From the NCBI RefSeq assembly GCF_001194135.2, contig NC_068983.1, forward strand, positions 141,336,166-141,369,228: 33,063 bases of DNA. The letters run 5' to 3'. The number at the start of each line of letters is the position of its first letter. The stretch's first letter is position 1. Positions 22,181 to 33,063 of this stretch are shown one piece after another. This DNA comes from Octopus bimaculoides (taxonomy: Eukaryota). Below the pieces are notes generated by a model. That model saw nothing but the letters and a program-made list of their open reading frames with translations, was not told where the DNA came from and searched no databases. A program made the translations under genes and the position numbers.

Positions 22181-23030
22181 CTGAAACCAAAATGCACATA
22201 TATACAAAATGTTATTATGTATATAAGGTCTTTACCCATTGCTACACTATCAGAAAAAAAAAATTGTTACTCATGCATGCACTTTCTTTTAATAGAAAAA
22301 CGGTTATATAGTGTATGTCTTGTTAGTTTCTGCCAATCTTTTACACACACATTCTCTCTCTCTCACTATATTTCTCTCTCAAAAACAACAACCTGTCATT
22401 ATAGTGAAAGTCTTTTTAAAATATGGGTTGCATTGTCTCTATGCTGAAAACATATAGAAATACACAGACACACAAACAACCAAACAAATAATTTATGTAG
22501 TTATATAATGAAAGTATTTTGCTCTTTGAAGCTGTGCTGTGTTGACAGACTTGCACTTAAAACTCCTGTTTTTAATCAAAACTTATTAGTTACTATGGTG
22601 ACAACATCACCTGTCTATTTATCTTTTGTGCGCGCACACACACACACTTTCTCTCCCTCTCTTTCTCTCTCTCTCACACACACTGCATTTCTCTCAACAA
22701 CTGCTTTTTCTCCTTCCCTTCTTCTAAAAATACATTGTGATGTATATTTTGATTCCTCCCCTTCTTTCCCTACCTCTAATAGATATTGTGACATGTACGC
22801 ATGCACACACACACAAACACACACATAAATATATATTTTACTTGTTTCAGTCATTAGATCACTGTTGACTTTGGATTTAATTTCCCATATGAAGAGAAAT
22901 AAGTACCAAACAGCCATAAGACAAATATATTTGATTAACACCCTTGGTGGTGTTAATTCTAGTATTGCCATAGTCTAATAACTGAAACCAGTCAAAGAAA
23001 AAATAATTCTGGAAAGAAAAGGCAACTTAC

Positions 23031-23102
23031 CTTATCTTCGTTGATCTCCAGTTGCTCAAGTTGCTGTTTCAACACAGCTGGTTTAGCTGAATGGTAAGCA
23101 GC
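23031..23102 (-). CDS. COMMD10: COMMD10 coding exon (AAYHSAKPAVLKQQLEQLEINEDK)
   Basis: tttattgcag acceptor, 72 nt, AAG|gtaagt donor; matches AVYHNVKPAALQQQLE. Confidence 0.95.
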
Positions 23103-23559
23103 CTGCAATAAATATCAAACACCATTGATAATATGTAACATATATTTATGTGTATCTATATGTATATACACATAATGCTTACATATAGAGATATTAAATA
23201 TGACATGAGCAAGGGATATGCAGACACAATATTACCATTTTTCTTTCACACTACTTGTTATGTACTCTCTTCTCTTTTTCAGCTAACGAGAACCCCTCTC
23301 TCAAAACAAAGATAAAAATACAATCCAAGTTCTCCCCTTATTCTTGTGGTTGCTTATCGTAGATGGTTCATAATATTGAGGAAATTATAATCCATTGAGT
23401 GGTAATTGCTTGATTAATTTCACTGTAAAGAAGCCCTTCACCAGGTGGTAAGTATTTGCAATCTTCTTTACAGGTGCTAGCAACTGTCCCCTAACTATCC
23501 CCTCAGTTTTCCTTTAAGTTTACAGCTTTAGAGCCACCACAGTCAATGTCAGCTCAATT

Positions 23560-24800
23560 AAAAGTAGAACCAGTGAGATTATAGAAATGCTAGAACAGAA
23601 GCATGTAGACATGTGCTGTGTCCATGAGGCATCAGCTAGATTCTTTGTGAACAAGGAACATCATCACCATTTAACATTTGTTTTCCAAGCTGGCATGGGC
23701 TGGACAGTTTGACAGAAGCTGGCCAGATGAAGGGCTGTTCAGGCCCCATGTCTGTTTTGGTACGGTTTCTAGGCTGGATACTCTTATTAACACCAACCAA
23801 TTTGCATAGTGTACTGGGTGCTTTTACGCAGCACCAATATGGGTGCTTTTTATGTGGCACCAGCATTTACAAGCCCACAAGATTAGGAATGCTCAGCTGG
23901 AGGAGGTTGCAAGGGAAAAGCCTGTATGCAAAGGCAACCACACTTTTACTTAGCTTGATGTATCTTTTCAAGCACAGCAAAACCGCAGAAGTCTCAGTCC
24001 CCTGTGAGTCCCAACACTTGTAGATCCTTTCTCACTGCTTTGTCCATGAACAAATTCTTTAAGGTCGGCACAGTAGTAATGGGGTGGGTGGTGTGTGCAT
24101 GCTTTTTGGGAGAGATGTGGGCAGATAAAGTAATCAAGGTAGTCAAAGTATGATGTGATAGTTAGGCTTAGGCTTGTCTTAGAGAAATCAACACTGACAC
24201 TTATCTCCACCAATGTTCCATAATCAGGGATGGCAGATGAACATAAGGTCCTTCTACAAATCATCGCAATGACGAATAAGAGTGACTTTATTATTGTGAC
24301 TACTAACTTCATGTAACATGTTGGCCAGCATCCCGATGGATTCCAAAGATGATGGGAAGTTATTGCTTTGGTGTTACAAATGAGGATGAAACAAAGCTGC
24401 TGGAGTTCTGTGATGCAACAGCTTGATGATCTGCAACACTAACTTCAGGAAACCAACAAGCTGCCAGATTACTTATCAATCTGTTGGGCAAACAAGCCAA
24501 ATTGACTAAATTCTCAAGAAAATACAGGCTAGACAGATGCTTGTAAGTGCAATGTCTTTCCCATGAGAAGAGTATACAATCTAAGTCAATGGTAAGTGAC
24601 ATCAAACTTAAAACTATAATGTCTCAGAGAAACAAACCTACCTGGAAAAGAAAGATAGGAAAACAGACCTTGCAAAAAGTCAGAAATTTAGAGATATTCT
24701 AGTTGAAATTTGGTAAAAATAAAGAAGTACAGTATAGAAGACAATTTCAAGTTCCTACAAGACAATCTACTAAGGACTACTGTGGCTGGTGTAAAGTCTC
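23560..24800 (+). mobile_element. Decayed RTE endonuclease region, interrupted by a minus-strand RTE 3' fragment (about 23660-24060)
   Basis: EIIEMLEQKHVDMCCVHE (about 23570-23625) and a frameshifted LLEFCDA..LMICNTNFRKP (about 24395-24455). The intervening sequence is the reverse of the family D tail and 3' UTR. Confidence 0.7.
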
Positions 24801-24859
24801 ACCCATCCTGCTATCACTTTTTTAACTAGGGCACTATTAATTTAGCAGCTGTAATTATA

Positions 24860-25880
24860 TGAGATCAGAACTGCACATATTTCATCCCCCTTTTGTATTA
24901 TCAGTTAGCTCTCGCCTTGTAACCACTTCCTTCAGGCACTCATCTCACATTCTCAATATCACACATAGCACTTTATCTGCCACTGAACACCCAGTCATAT
25001 CTACCATTGATGCCCACTTCCCACCTTTTGTCATTCACTATATCCACTTCTACATCCATGCTAGCATGGAAAGCAGACGTTAAACGATGATGATGATACC
25101 ACTAACCTCCATCTCTGTGCATCTCTCTCTCTTTGTCCTTACACTTCACATCATTTTAATATTCCACATCTTTCTCTGTTTGTTGTTGTTGTGGAGGCGC
25201 AATGGCCCAGTGGTTAGGGCAGCGGACTCGCGGTCATAGGATTGCGGTTTCGATTCTCAGACCGGGTGTTGTGAGTGTTTATTGAGCGAAAACACCTAAA
25301 GCTCCACGAGGCTCTGGCAGGGGATGGTGGCGAACCCTGCTGTACTCTTCCACTACAACATTCTCTCACTTTTACTTCCTGTTTCTGTTGTACCTGTAAT
25401 TCAAAGGGGCCAGCCTTGTCACACTCTGTGTCAGTCATGCTGAATATCCCCGAGAACAAAGTTAAGGGTACATGTGTCTGTGGAGTGCTCAGCCACTTGC
25501 ATGTTAATTTCATGAGCAGGCTGTTCCGTTGATCGGATCAACTGGAACCCTCGACGTTGTAAGCGACGGAATGCCAACGACGTTCTCTGTTTGTGGTTTT
25601 ATTATACTGCTCCTCCCCATCACTTTCCTTCCATAAGGCTACTGATGAGCTCCTCCACTCTGGTTGACTCCTACTTTCTGGTATCCACCTTTAACCATGC
25701 CTCCATACCTTCTCTTCACTCACTGCATTCACATCTATTTCCATCACAAACCGTCTTATCACTGTCCTTCCACATTTTCGAGAACTTATCCACCCTCCCT
25801 TCCTGATACTCTGTCCCTATTTTCACTTATATTCACCTTCTTGTACGTTGAGGTTACATCTTGACACCATCATTACCATT
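24860..25880 (-). mobile_element. Old RTE-like remnant split by a SINE insertion
   Basis: Purine-rich - strand with decayed RT C-terminal character on both sides of the SINE; a short family D tail lies at about 25050-25097. Confidence 0.45.
25184..25582 (+). mobile_element. tRNA-derived SINE family A, full length with 12-bp TSD
   Basis: A box tggcccagtgg, B box ggtttcgattc, 3' hairpin cgttg-taag-cgacg; direct repeat ttctctgtttgt at 25172-25183 and 25583-25594. Confidence 0.93.
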
Positions 25881-26476
25881 TTTTCTTTTTTTCTATCTTG
25901 GGTAGCGAAGTATTTCTTCTACAACGAGACACTTATATGTGGTCATTCTATCATACTTTAGCCACTCAGCACTAGGCATAAAGCTACTTCCCTCAAAACT
26001 ACACACCCACTCAGTCAAAAGACTTTGTCTTGAAAGTTTCTTGGTGCCCTTTCTAGGACCAGTGCCACAAAAAGAAAATATGCCCAGTACAGGCTGTAAA
26101 ATGGTTGGTATTAGGAAAGGCATCGAGCTATTCAAACCCTATCGAAACAAACATTGGAGCTTCACACTGTCCTTTGGCTCACCAGATTCAGTTGAACTGC
26201 CCAACCCATGGAAGACAAATGTTAAATGGTAAGGATGGTGGTATCTGTAAATATAAATGTTTCTATCTCAGCCATAATGATGTATAGAAGTAGCTTCTAT
26301 GTAGTCACTCACCCTGCTAAAAATAGAAGCCAAATATCGCTAAAGTCATTTAAAAATAACACAAAACACACTGGATAAAATAGACGGAAATAAAATGTCC
26401 ACAAATATAATCATAGCCAAACTATATTATTCCAGTTGAACTTAACTGAACAAGAATTATAAATTTATTGACTGAC

Positions 26477-26587
26477 CTGTTGCAAAAAGAACTCAAGAGA
26501 CTGTATCATTAGCTCCAAGTCAGCAGCAGGTAGATCTAATGTCTGTTCCAGCTTGCTCTCTTCTTCTTCTGTAAAGGATCTCTCATC
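26477..26587 (-). CDS. COMMD10: COMMD10 coding exon (DERSFTEEEESKLEQTLDLPAADLELMIQSLEFFLQQ)
   Basis: ttaatttctag acceptor, 111 nt, CAG|gtcagt donor; matches SFSEEEEEKLQ...ISFILEQ. Confidence 0.95.
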
Positions 26588-26814
26588 CTAGAAATTAAAA
26601 TAATAATTGTTTCTAATTTAGACACAAGAACAATAATTTTGGAGAAGCTGGGTCAGTCAATTACATTGATCGTAGAACTTGACTGGTACTATATTTTACT
26701 GGCTCCATAGGATAAAAAACATTGTTGAACACTAAACATTTAAGGGCTGCAACTACATACTGCTAAATATTTTAACCAAGGTTCTAATGATTCATCCAAT
26801 CTTTTTTCTAACAC

Positions 26815-27150
26815 TGACAGGTATGGCTGTGTGGTTAAATAGCTTGCTTACCAACAATGACGCTTCAGTTTCAGTTCCACTGCATGGTACCTTGGGCAAG
26901 CATCTTCTACTATAGCCCTAGAGTAAGTAAAGCCTTGTGAATGATTTATTAGATAGAAACTGAAAGAAACCTGTTTATATACACATGCATATAAGGTGCA
27001 GGAGTGGTTGTGTGGTTAAGAAGTATGCTGCCCAACAATATGGTTTCAGGTTCAGTCTCACTGCATGGCATCTTAGATGTTTTCTACTGTAGTCATGGAT
27101 CAAGCAAAGCCTTGTAAATGAAATTGGTAGACATAAAAAGCACTTGGAAC
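26815..27150 (+). mobile_element. Two tandem tRNA/CORE-like SINEs (family C)
   Basis: ggctgtgtggttaa..gcttaccaac...gttccactgcatggtaccttgggcaagcatcttctactatagc...aaagccttgtgaat at 26824, with a second copy starting at about 26997. Confidence 0.8.
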
Positions 27151-28239
27151 ACTCACTCTATGGTAGTTGGCTTTAGGAAGAGCATCCAACAGTAAAAACT
27201 ATACCAAAACAGACAGTAGAGCTTGGTGCAGTCCTCTGGGTTGCCAGCTTCTGTCAAACCATCCAACCCATACCAGTAAGGCAAACAGATGTTCAATGGT
27301 AATGATGAGGATGGTGATGGTGTGTATGTGTGTGTGTGTGTATGTACATGCATGTGAGTGTCTGTGTATGTACACTTGTGTTGATATCACATGATGGTTG
27401 TAAACATGTATCATTGTCATACAAGTGATGTCATTCACTTCCATTCTCCAACAAAAACATGTCTGAGGATGGGTAAATATTGCCCTGCTTGGAAACAGGT
27501 AAGCGTTGGCTACAGAAAGAACATCAGCTATAGAAAATCTGTCTCAACAAATTCCATCTGAGCCATGCAAGCATGAGAAAGTGGATGTCAAAACAATGAT
27601 GACATAAGGCTGTACATTTAGGAAAGGAGTATAATAAACAGCCTTAAAATTGACTAGTACTTTACCTTTAAGGATGAAAGGGCAAGTAGACACTGTGGGG
27701 ATTTGAACTCACATGTTCAACGATCAACATGGTTAGCTTTGACCTTTTCTCTAAAACAATGAGAAAACATAAAAGTGGATGGAATAGTGAGAACAATGTA
27801 GAAACTAGAAGTTAATCACATTGAGGAAAATTTTTTTTTAAATGTTACCCATCGCGATTATCTTGAAAGATAGAAAGTAGACATAAAATGATGCAATCAT
27901 CATTTTATGTCTACTTTCCATGCTGGAATGGGTTGAGTGCATTGACATGGTTCATGTCAAAGTCAGTGCCTTCTTAAATGGATTGGAGGACCACTTCTCA
28001 TTCTACATTTAATATCGGACTTAGATCTTATGGCTGGACACTATCTAATCACACATAATTTTACAACGAGTACTGGTGCATTTTTTAATGGGACCAGTGC
28101 TACACAGGTCATCACATCCTTAATGAGACAAAAGAGTCCTCTTGACTCTATGTTGTTTATGCTCAATTGCTAACTATTTGAGTGCATTTAATGACAGCAC
28201 CACCTTACTTCATGAAGTAGTATGAAAAAGCTCACATCA

Positions 28240-29395
28240 CTTTATACTGTGGCCAGTCCCTCAATACAAAATGATCTGGAGGGTGAGTATAAAATAGAGT
28301 GGCAACAAAAGAAAATTAGGATGACTAGATGAAGACAAAAGAAGGATGGGATAAACAGTGATTGAGATGGAGAGAGGGAGGGAATGTTGACTGCTAGTAC
28401 TAAAAGAATAGTAGTTAGAAGGACTGAATACAGGTAGGTCAAGTACCATCCTACTCTGTACGGGCAGTATGTCTGTAGTGTGATCCTCCACTAACTAGGT
28501 TGAGAATATATGTGGGACATTAGATCTCTGAATTACACATACTCCCATTGGTTATTATGTCACTACTTTATGCAATACAGGTCTGTTGAGGACGGGGGCT
28601 ATGTTTAATAACAACCTGCCATAGTACCTATGCCTTTCAGTCCTTAGAATCTTAGCTGCATGCAAGGTACACAACTTGCATAAAGATATGAACAGTAGGA
28701 CCCTTATTAAGCTGCTCACTTAGCCATGCATAGAACATCAGTTGACTGGAACACATAACACTCTATGCTACAGTGCATTGTTTCTTGGAACAATTTTGTT
28801 ACATTCCTAACTACAGATGATAAAAATAATCTACCCTCTTTAGACATGGATGTTCTGAAAGTATAGTTATTAGAATAAGAATAGGATGGAGAAAGTTTGG
28901 AGGGCTATTACCTCTGTTGACTACAAAATGTCACTTTCTCAGACTGGAAGGCAAATTGTATGAAGCTTATATACAAACACCAATGTTACACTGAAGTGAG
29001 ACATAGGCCATGAGTGAACAGAACATGCATAACCTAGAGAGGAATAAAGCTAGTATGCATCACTGAATGCACAGTATCAGTGTGCATATACTACAAAATG
29101 ATAAGGTATTGAAAGAAAAGACAGGCAAATAGGCAATCAGATGCAATGTGCAAGAGAGAAGACTGTGCTGGTTTGGTCATGTGATGCTTATGGATGAAGA
29201 CAGCTGCATAAAGACATGTGGGTTGCTTAAAGTGGATGAGACTTGTGGAAGAGGTCTGCCCAGGAAGACATAGGACAAAGTAATGAAGATGGATCTCAAA
29301 AAATTGAGTCTCATAGGGGAGATTTTAAAGGACTGAGATAACTGACAAATAGCTGTGTTCGAGAAGACCAGTCCACCACAGCAAAAATGATGTCC
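28240..29395 (+). mobile_element. Old, decayed RTE LINE remnant
   Basis: Recognisable RIRIGWRKFGGLLPLL (about 28875-28920) and decayed GRGLPRKT (about 29250) RT C-terminal motifs. Confidence 0.65.
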
Positions 29396-29638
29396 TAAAA
29401 GCATTCTGTGTAGGCTTGCAGCCCATTATGCCCAGTCAAGTATTTCCCATATTTTATTCCTGTGACTTTCTCCCATAACTCCTCTATGGCACTACTATTT
29501 GAATTTCCTAGTATCAATATATACACACAATCTTGTGTATATGTGGTACACAAACACACACATACATGAAGAGTAATCATACACAAATTCACAAAAGAGA
29601 TATACATACCCACACCATGAATATATAGGTATATCCAC

Positions 29639-29682
<44 letters not shown>

Positions 29683-29687
29683 GCACA

Positions 29688-31098
29688 TTAATAAGTAGGA
29701 AGATAGACAAAACACAAACCCCTTCAGGCAGATGGCCCTGCTCGATCTGTAGAAAAGGCGTAGGTAGAAACTCCATAAGTTGTACCCAGTGTAAGCTATG
29801 GACACATAAGAGATGCAGCAATATCAAAGGGAGGCTTACTGGGAAGATAGTTTTTGTACGTGGCAGATGCTCAGAAGCAATAAACACTGAAAATGTGCAG
29901 AAAACAACTTCTGTCTCATTCCAGGGAGAAAAACTGGACGTGGTTGATAGCTTCCGCTATCTAGGTGACCAAGTTATCGGGGGAGGGTGCGCTGAAAGTG
30001 TAGCTGCTAGAATAAGAATAGCCTGGGTAAAGTTCAGAGAGCTCTTACCTCTGCTGGTGACAAAGGGCCTTTCACTCAGAGTAAAAGGCAAACTGTATGA
30101 TGCATGTGTACGAACCGCCATGCTACATGGCAGTGAAACATGGACCGTGACTGCTGAGGACATGCGTAAGCTCACAAGAAACGAGGCCAGTATGCTCCGA
30201 TGGATGTGTAATGTCAGTGTGCATATTTGACAGAGTGTAAGTACCTTGAGAGAAAAGTTGGACCTAAGAAGCATCAGTTGTGGTGTACAAGAGAGACAAT
30301 TGCGCTGGTATGGTCATGTAGCAAGAATGGATGAGGATAGCTGTGTGAAGTGCTACACCCTAGCGGTTGAGGGAACCTGTGGAAGAGGTAGACCCAGGAA
30401 GACCTGGGATGAGGTGGTGAAGCACAATCTTCGAACTTTAGGCCTCACCGAGGCAATGACTNNNNNNNNNNGGACACTAAACTCTGCTTGCGAAGACCTG
30501 TTGAGGCAAGTGAACTGAAATCGAAATCGAACCAAAATAAATTGAAATCAAACCAAATTCGACAACAGGCACCCATGCCAACCTCTCCTTCATCGGACAC
30601 TAAACTCTGCTTGTGAAGACCAGTTGGGGCAAGTAAAATCGAAATCATAATTGAACCATATTCAATGACCAGCACCTGTGCCAGTGGAGCACTGTCCGAG
30701 CATGATCATTGCCAGAACAGCTGTCTGGCTTCCGTGCCAGTGGCACGTAAATAGCACAATTTGAGTGTGATCGTTACCAGTGTCGCCTTACTGGCACTTG
30801 TGCTGGTGGCACGTTAGAAAATCATTAAAGCGAGGTCATTGCTAGTGCCACTGGACTGGCTCCTGTGCAGGTGGCACGTAAAAAACACCATTTTGAGCAT
30901 GGCCGTTGCCAGTGGCATGTAAAAGCACCCACTACACTCTCAGAGTGGTTGGCATTAGGAAGGGCATCCAACTGTAGAAACTCCGCCAGATCAGAGTGGA
31001 GCTTGGTGTAGCCATCCGGTTCACCGGTCCTCAGTCAAATCGTCCAACGCATACTAGCATAGAAAGCAGACTTTAAACGAGGATGATGATGATGATGA
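29688..31098 (+). mobile_element. Younger 5'-truncated RTE LINE: PHD-like finger, RT C-terminus, repetitive 3' UTR and (GAT)n tail
   Basis: Frame from 29688: ISRKIDK..PSGRWPCSIC..CTQC..THKRC.., FRYLGD, RIRIAWVKFRELLPLL, LYDACVRTAMLHGSETW, LRWYGHVARM, GRGRPRKTWDEVV. Premature TGA at 30228-30230; family D terminus at about 30940-31098. Confidence 0.92.
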
Positions 31099-31299
31099 TA
31101 CTAACTCATACATTCACAAATTCCTGGAATTCTTTTGACTCAAGCAGAAACGACTTGTTACTGTAAATAACTTACCTGAATTCCATTAAGAATTTAAATA
31201 AATTTCAAAAACAAGCATATATATATGTGTGCATGCACACATATGTGTATATATATATGTGTGTGTGTGTGTGTTTACAAGCAAATTGTTTAAACTCAC

Positions 31300-31390
31300 C
31301 TTCAAGTCTATTTTCTGCAAAATACGGGACAATATTGGAGTAAATAATTTTGGATCCAAGTTATTGATGAAACTCACTGCTTTCTGGATG
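31300..31390 (-). CDS. COMMD10: COMMD10 coding exon 2 (xIQKAVSFINNLDPKLFTPILSRILQKIDLK); exon 1 not found in the window
   Basis: ttttctttcttcag acceptor, 91 nt (one leading base completes a split codon), AAG|gtgagt donor; matches MKKAVSLINAID..LLTRILQKLHLK. The seven exons total 568 nt and splice in one open frame. Confidence 0.95.
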
Positions 31391-32618
31391 CTGAAGAAAG
31401 AAAACAAAAATCAGTAACTGTTCTCGAAATAATTTTTCTAAACAGGTACAATGCCTGTCTGACATAACATTGTACTGTTTGTGACTAAGATACTTCACTC
31501 TCAAAGCAAAATCCTGCCACTTCTAAGTACAATGGTTGGCATGATTTGCAATGACAAGCAATGGCAGGACTGAAGAATTGACAAGTGTTTCATTGCTGTA
31601 TTTGTAATTACTCTAGTAAGAAAAACATATATACCTGTCATAGAACAATATCTAATCAAGGAAGAGATTATCTCTTGCTATCTGCAACTCTTCCTATTCT
31701 TCCAAATTATGATGTTTGAATATGAAGTGGTGGAACTGCAAGTCTTTCAACCTTCACTCATTTCCTTTGAGCCTTCTGTCACTATGCTCCCTTCTATTCA
31801 CCTGCTATGCCATTGTATTTTGAGAATGTGCTTTGATATCTCATCCTTCTCTACATCTTGTTATTTTCTCTATTACCATCCCTCACAATAAATCCATTCC
31901 TCCCATCAGATAGTAAGTACACCCAGCATATGCCCCAACACACACAATATCTAGCAGGGTATGATACAACCTAGTCACCAGTATAGTAAATGAAGTTGTG
32001 CAGAAAGATGCCATATCCACCAGAAAATCCTTTCCCCCAGCTTACAGTAACATCTAACACCTCATATAAAATCATCATTTCTTCTCAATTCTGTCTTTCG
32101 GTGGAATGTGCTCTTTTATACTGTAGGTTATAAGATGATTTCACCAGAATAGGTTGCATAAAAGAAGCACCTGCTACACTCTGTAATGCTGTTGGCAAAT
32201 CAAGCAGAGACAATGCAGAGTTTGAGAGGATAGGATTTTCTAACCTCATCAAGGGTAAAACAACCTCTAACAGTGCTGGTGCCTCAAAAAAATGTATTCA
32301 GTACACTCTGTAAAGTGGTTGGTGTTAGGAAGAGTATCCAAATGTAGAATTCAAACTAAACTGCAATACTGGACCAAGGGATTTTCTTCCAATCTATTAG
32401 ATCCTGTTGAACCATCCAAATCATGCCAACAAAAGAAGTGGACACAAAGAGACTATGATAACAATCACACTCACACACACATATATATATATCAAAGAAC
32501 ACAAATAGGGTTCAAATTTTAAACCCTATTTGTGGTGTTCTTTATATGTATGTCACATCTGGAATCAATGCTGAATCAGATGTACAGTTTATATTGGATT
32601 TGATACCTATAGTGTATA

Positions 32619-33063
32619 TCATCATCGTTTAACATCTGCCTTCCATGGGTTGGACGATTTGACTGAGAACTGGTGAACCGGATGGCTGCACCAGGCTCCA
32701 ATCTGATCTGGCAGAGTTTCTACAGCTGGATGCCTTTCCTAACGCCAAACACTCCGAGAGTGTAGTGGGTGCTTTTATGTGCCACCAGCATGAGGGCCAG
32801 TCAGGCGGTACTGGCAATGGCCACATTCAAAGTGGTGTTTTTCACATGCCACCTGCACAGGAGCCAGTCCAGTGGCACTGGCAACGACCTCACTCGAATG
32901 TTTTTTCACGTGCCAGTAAGCCGATACTGGTAACGATTACACTCAAATTGTGCTATTTACGTGCCACTGGCATGGAAGCCAGACAGCTGCTCTGGCTATG
33001 ATCACGCTTGGATGGTGCTCTTAGTGCTCCACTGGCACAGGTACCCGTCATCGAATTTGGTTC
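32619..33063 (-). mobile_element. RTE 3' end (family D tail plus minisatellite 3' UTR), runs off the window
   Basis: tcatcatcgtttaac..ccatgggttggacgatttgactgag..ctgcaccaggctccaatctgat..gagtttctacagctggatgcc, then gtgccac/cactggc units. Confidence 0.88.

Noticed and set aside
25193-25265. tRNA-like sequence (also the heads at 6262, 12360 and 26824)
   Set aside because: A and B boxes are present but there is no proper acceptor stem, and each continues into a SINE body.
31391-33063. Search for COMMD10 exon 1 (ATG plus a phase-2 donor)
   Set aside because: No convincing candidate; the region is repeat-derived, so exon 1 probably lies beyond the window.

Overview
AT-rich, repeat-dense animal genomic DNA with five assembly gaps. 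It is most likely octopus (coleoid cephalopod), inferred from the SINE/RTE repeat families and not verified by a search. Two host genes are supported and point towards each other. (1) A single-exon CDS on + (ATG 8190 to stop 9374, 394 aa) encodes the mitochondrial DNA polymerase gamma accessory subunit POLG2. (2) COMMD10 on - has seven hand-reconstructed GT-AG coding exons from 31390 down to the stop at 18985; exon 1 was not found and is probably beyond the right edge. The rest is microsatellites and decayed transposons: tRNA-derived SINEs, RTE and Tx1-like LINE remnants, a mariner remnant, Tc1 and hAT MITEs, and a Penelope-like fragment. The most interesting non-standard signals are a type I hammerhead-ribozyme-like fold on the - strand (about 15395-15475), an intronless POLG2 that appears to lack the vertebrate dimerisation element and a long presequence, a 28-bp palindrome upstream of POLG2, a hairpin-forming MITE just after the POLG2 stop, and a PHD-like finger inside an RTE reverse transcriptase. 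I see no convincing evidence of a wholly new multi-gene system.
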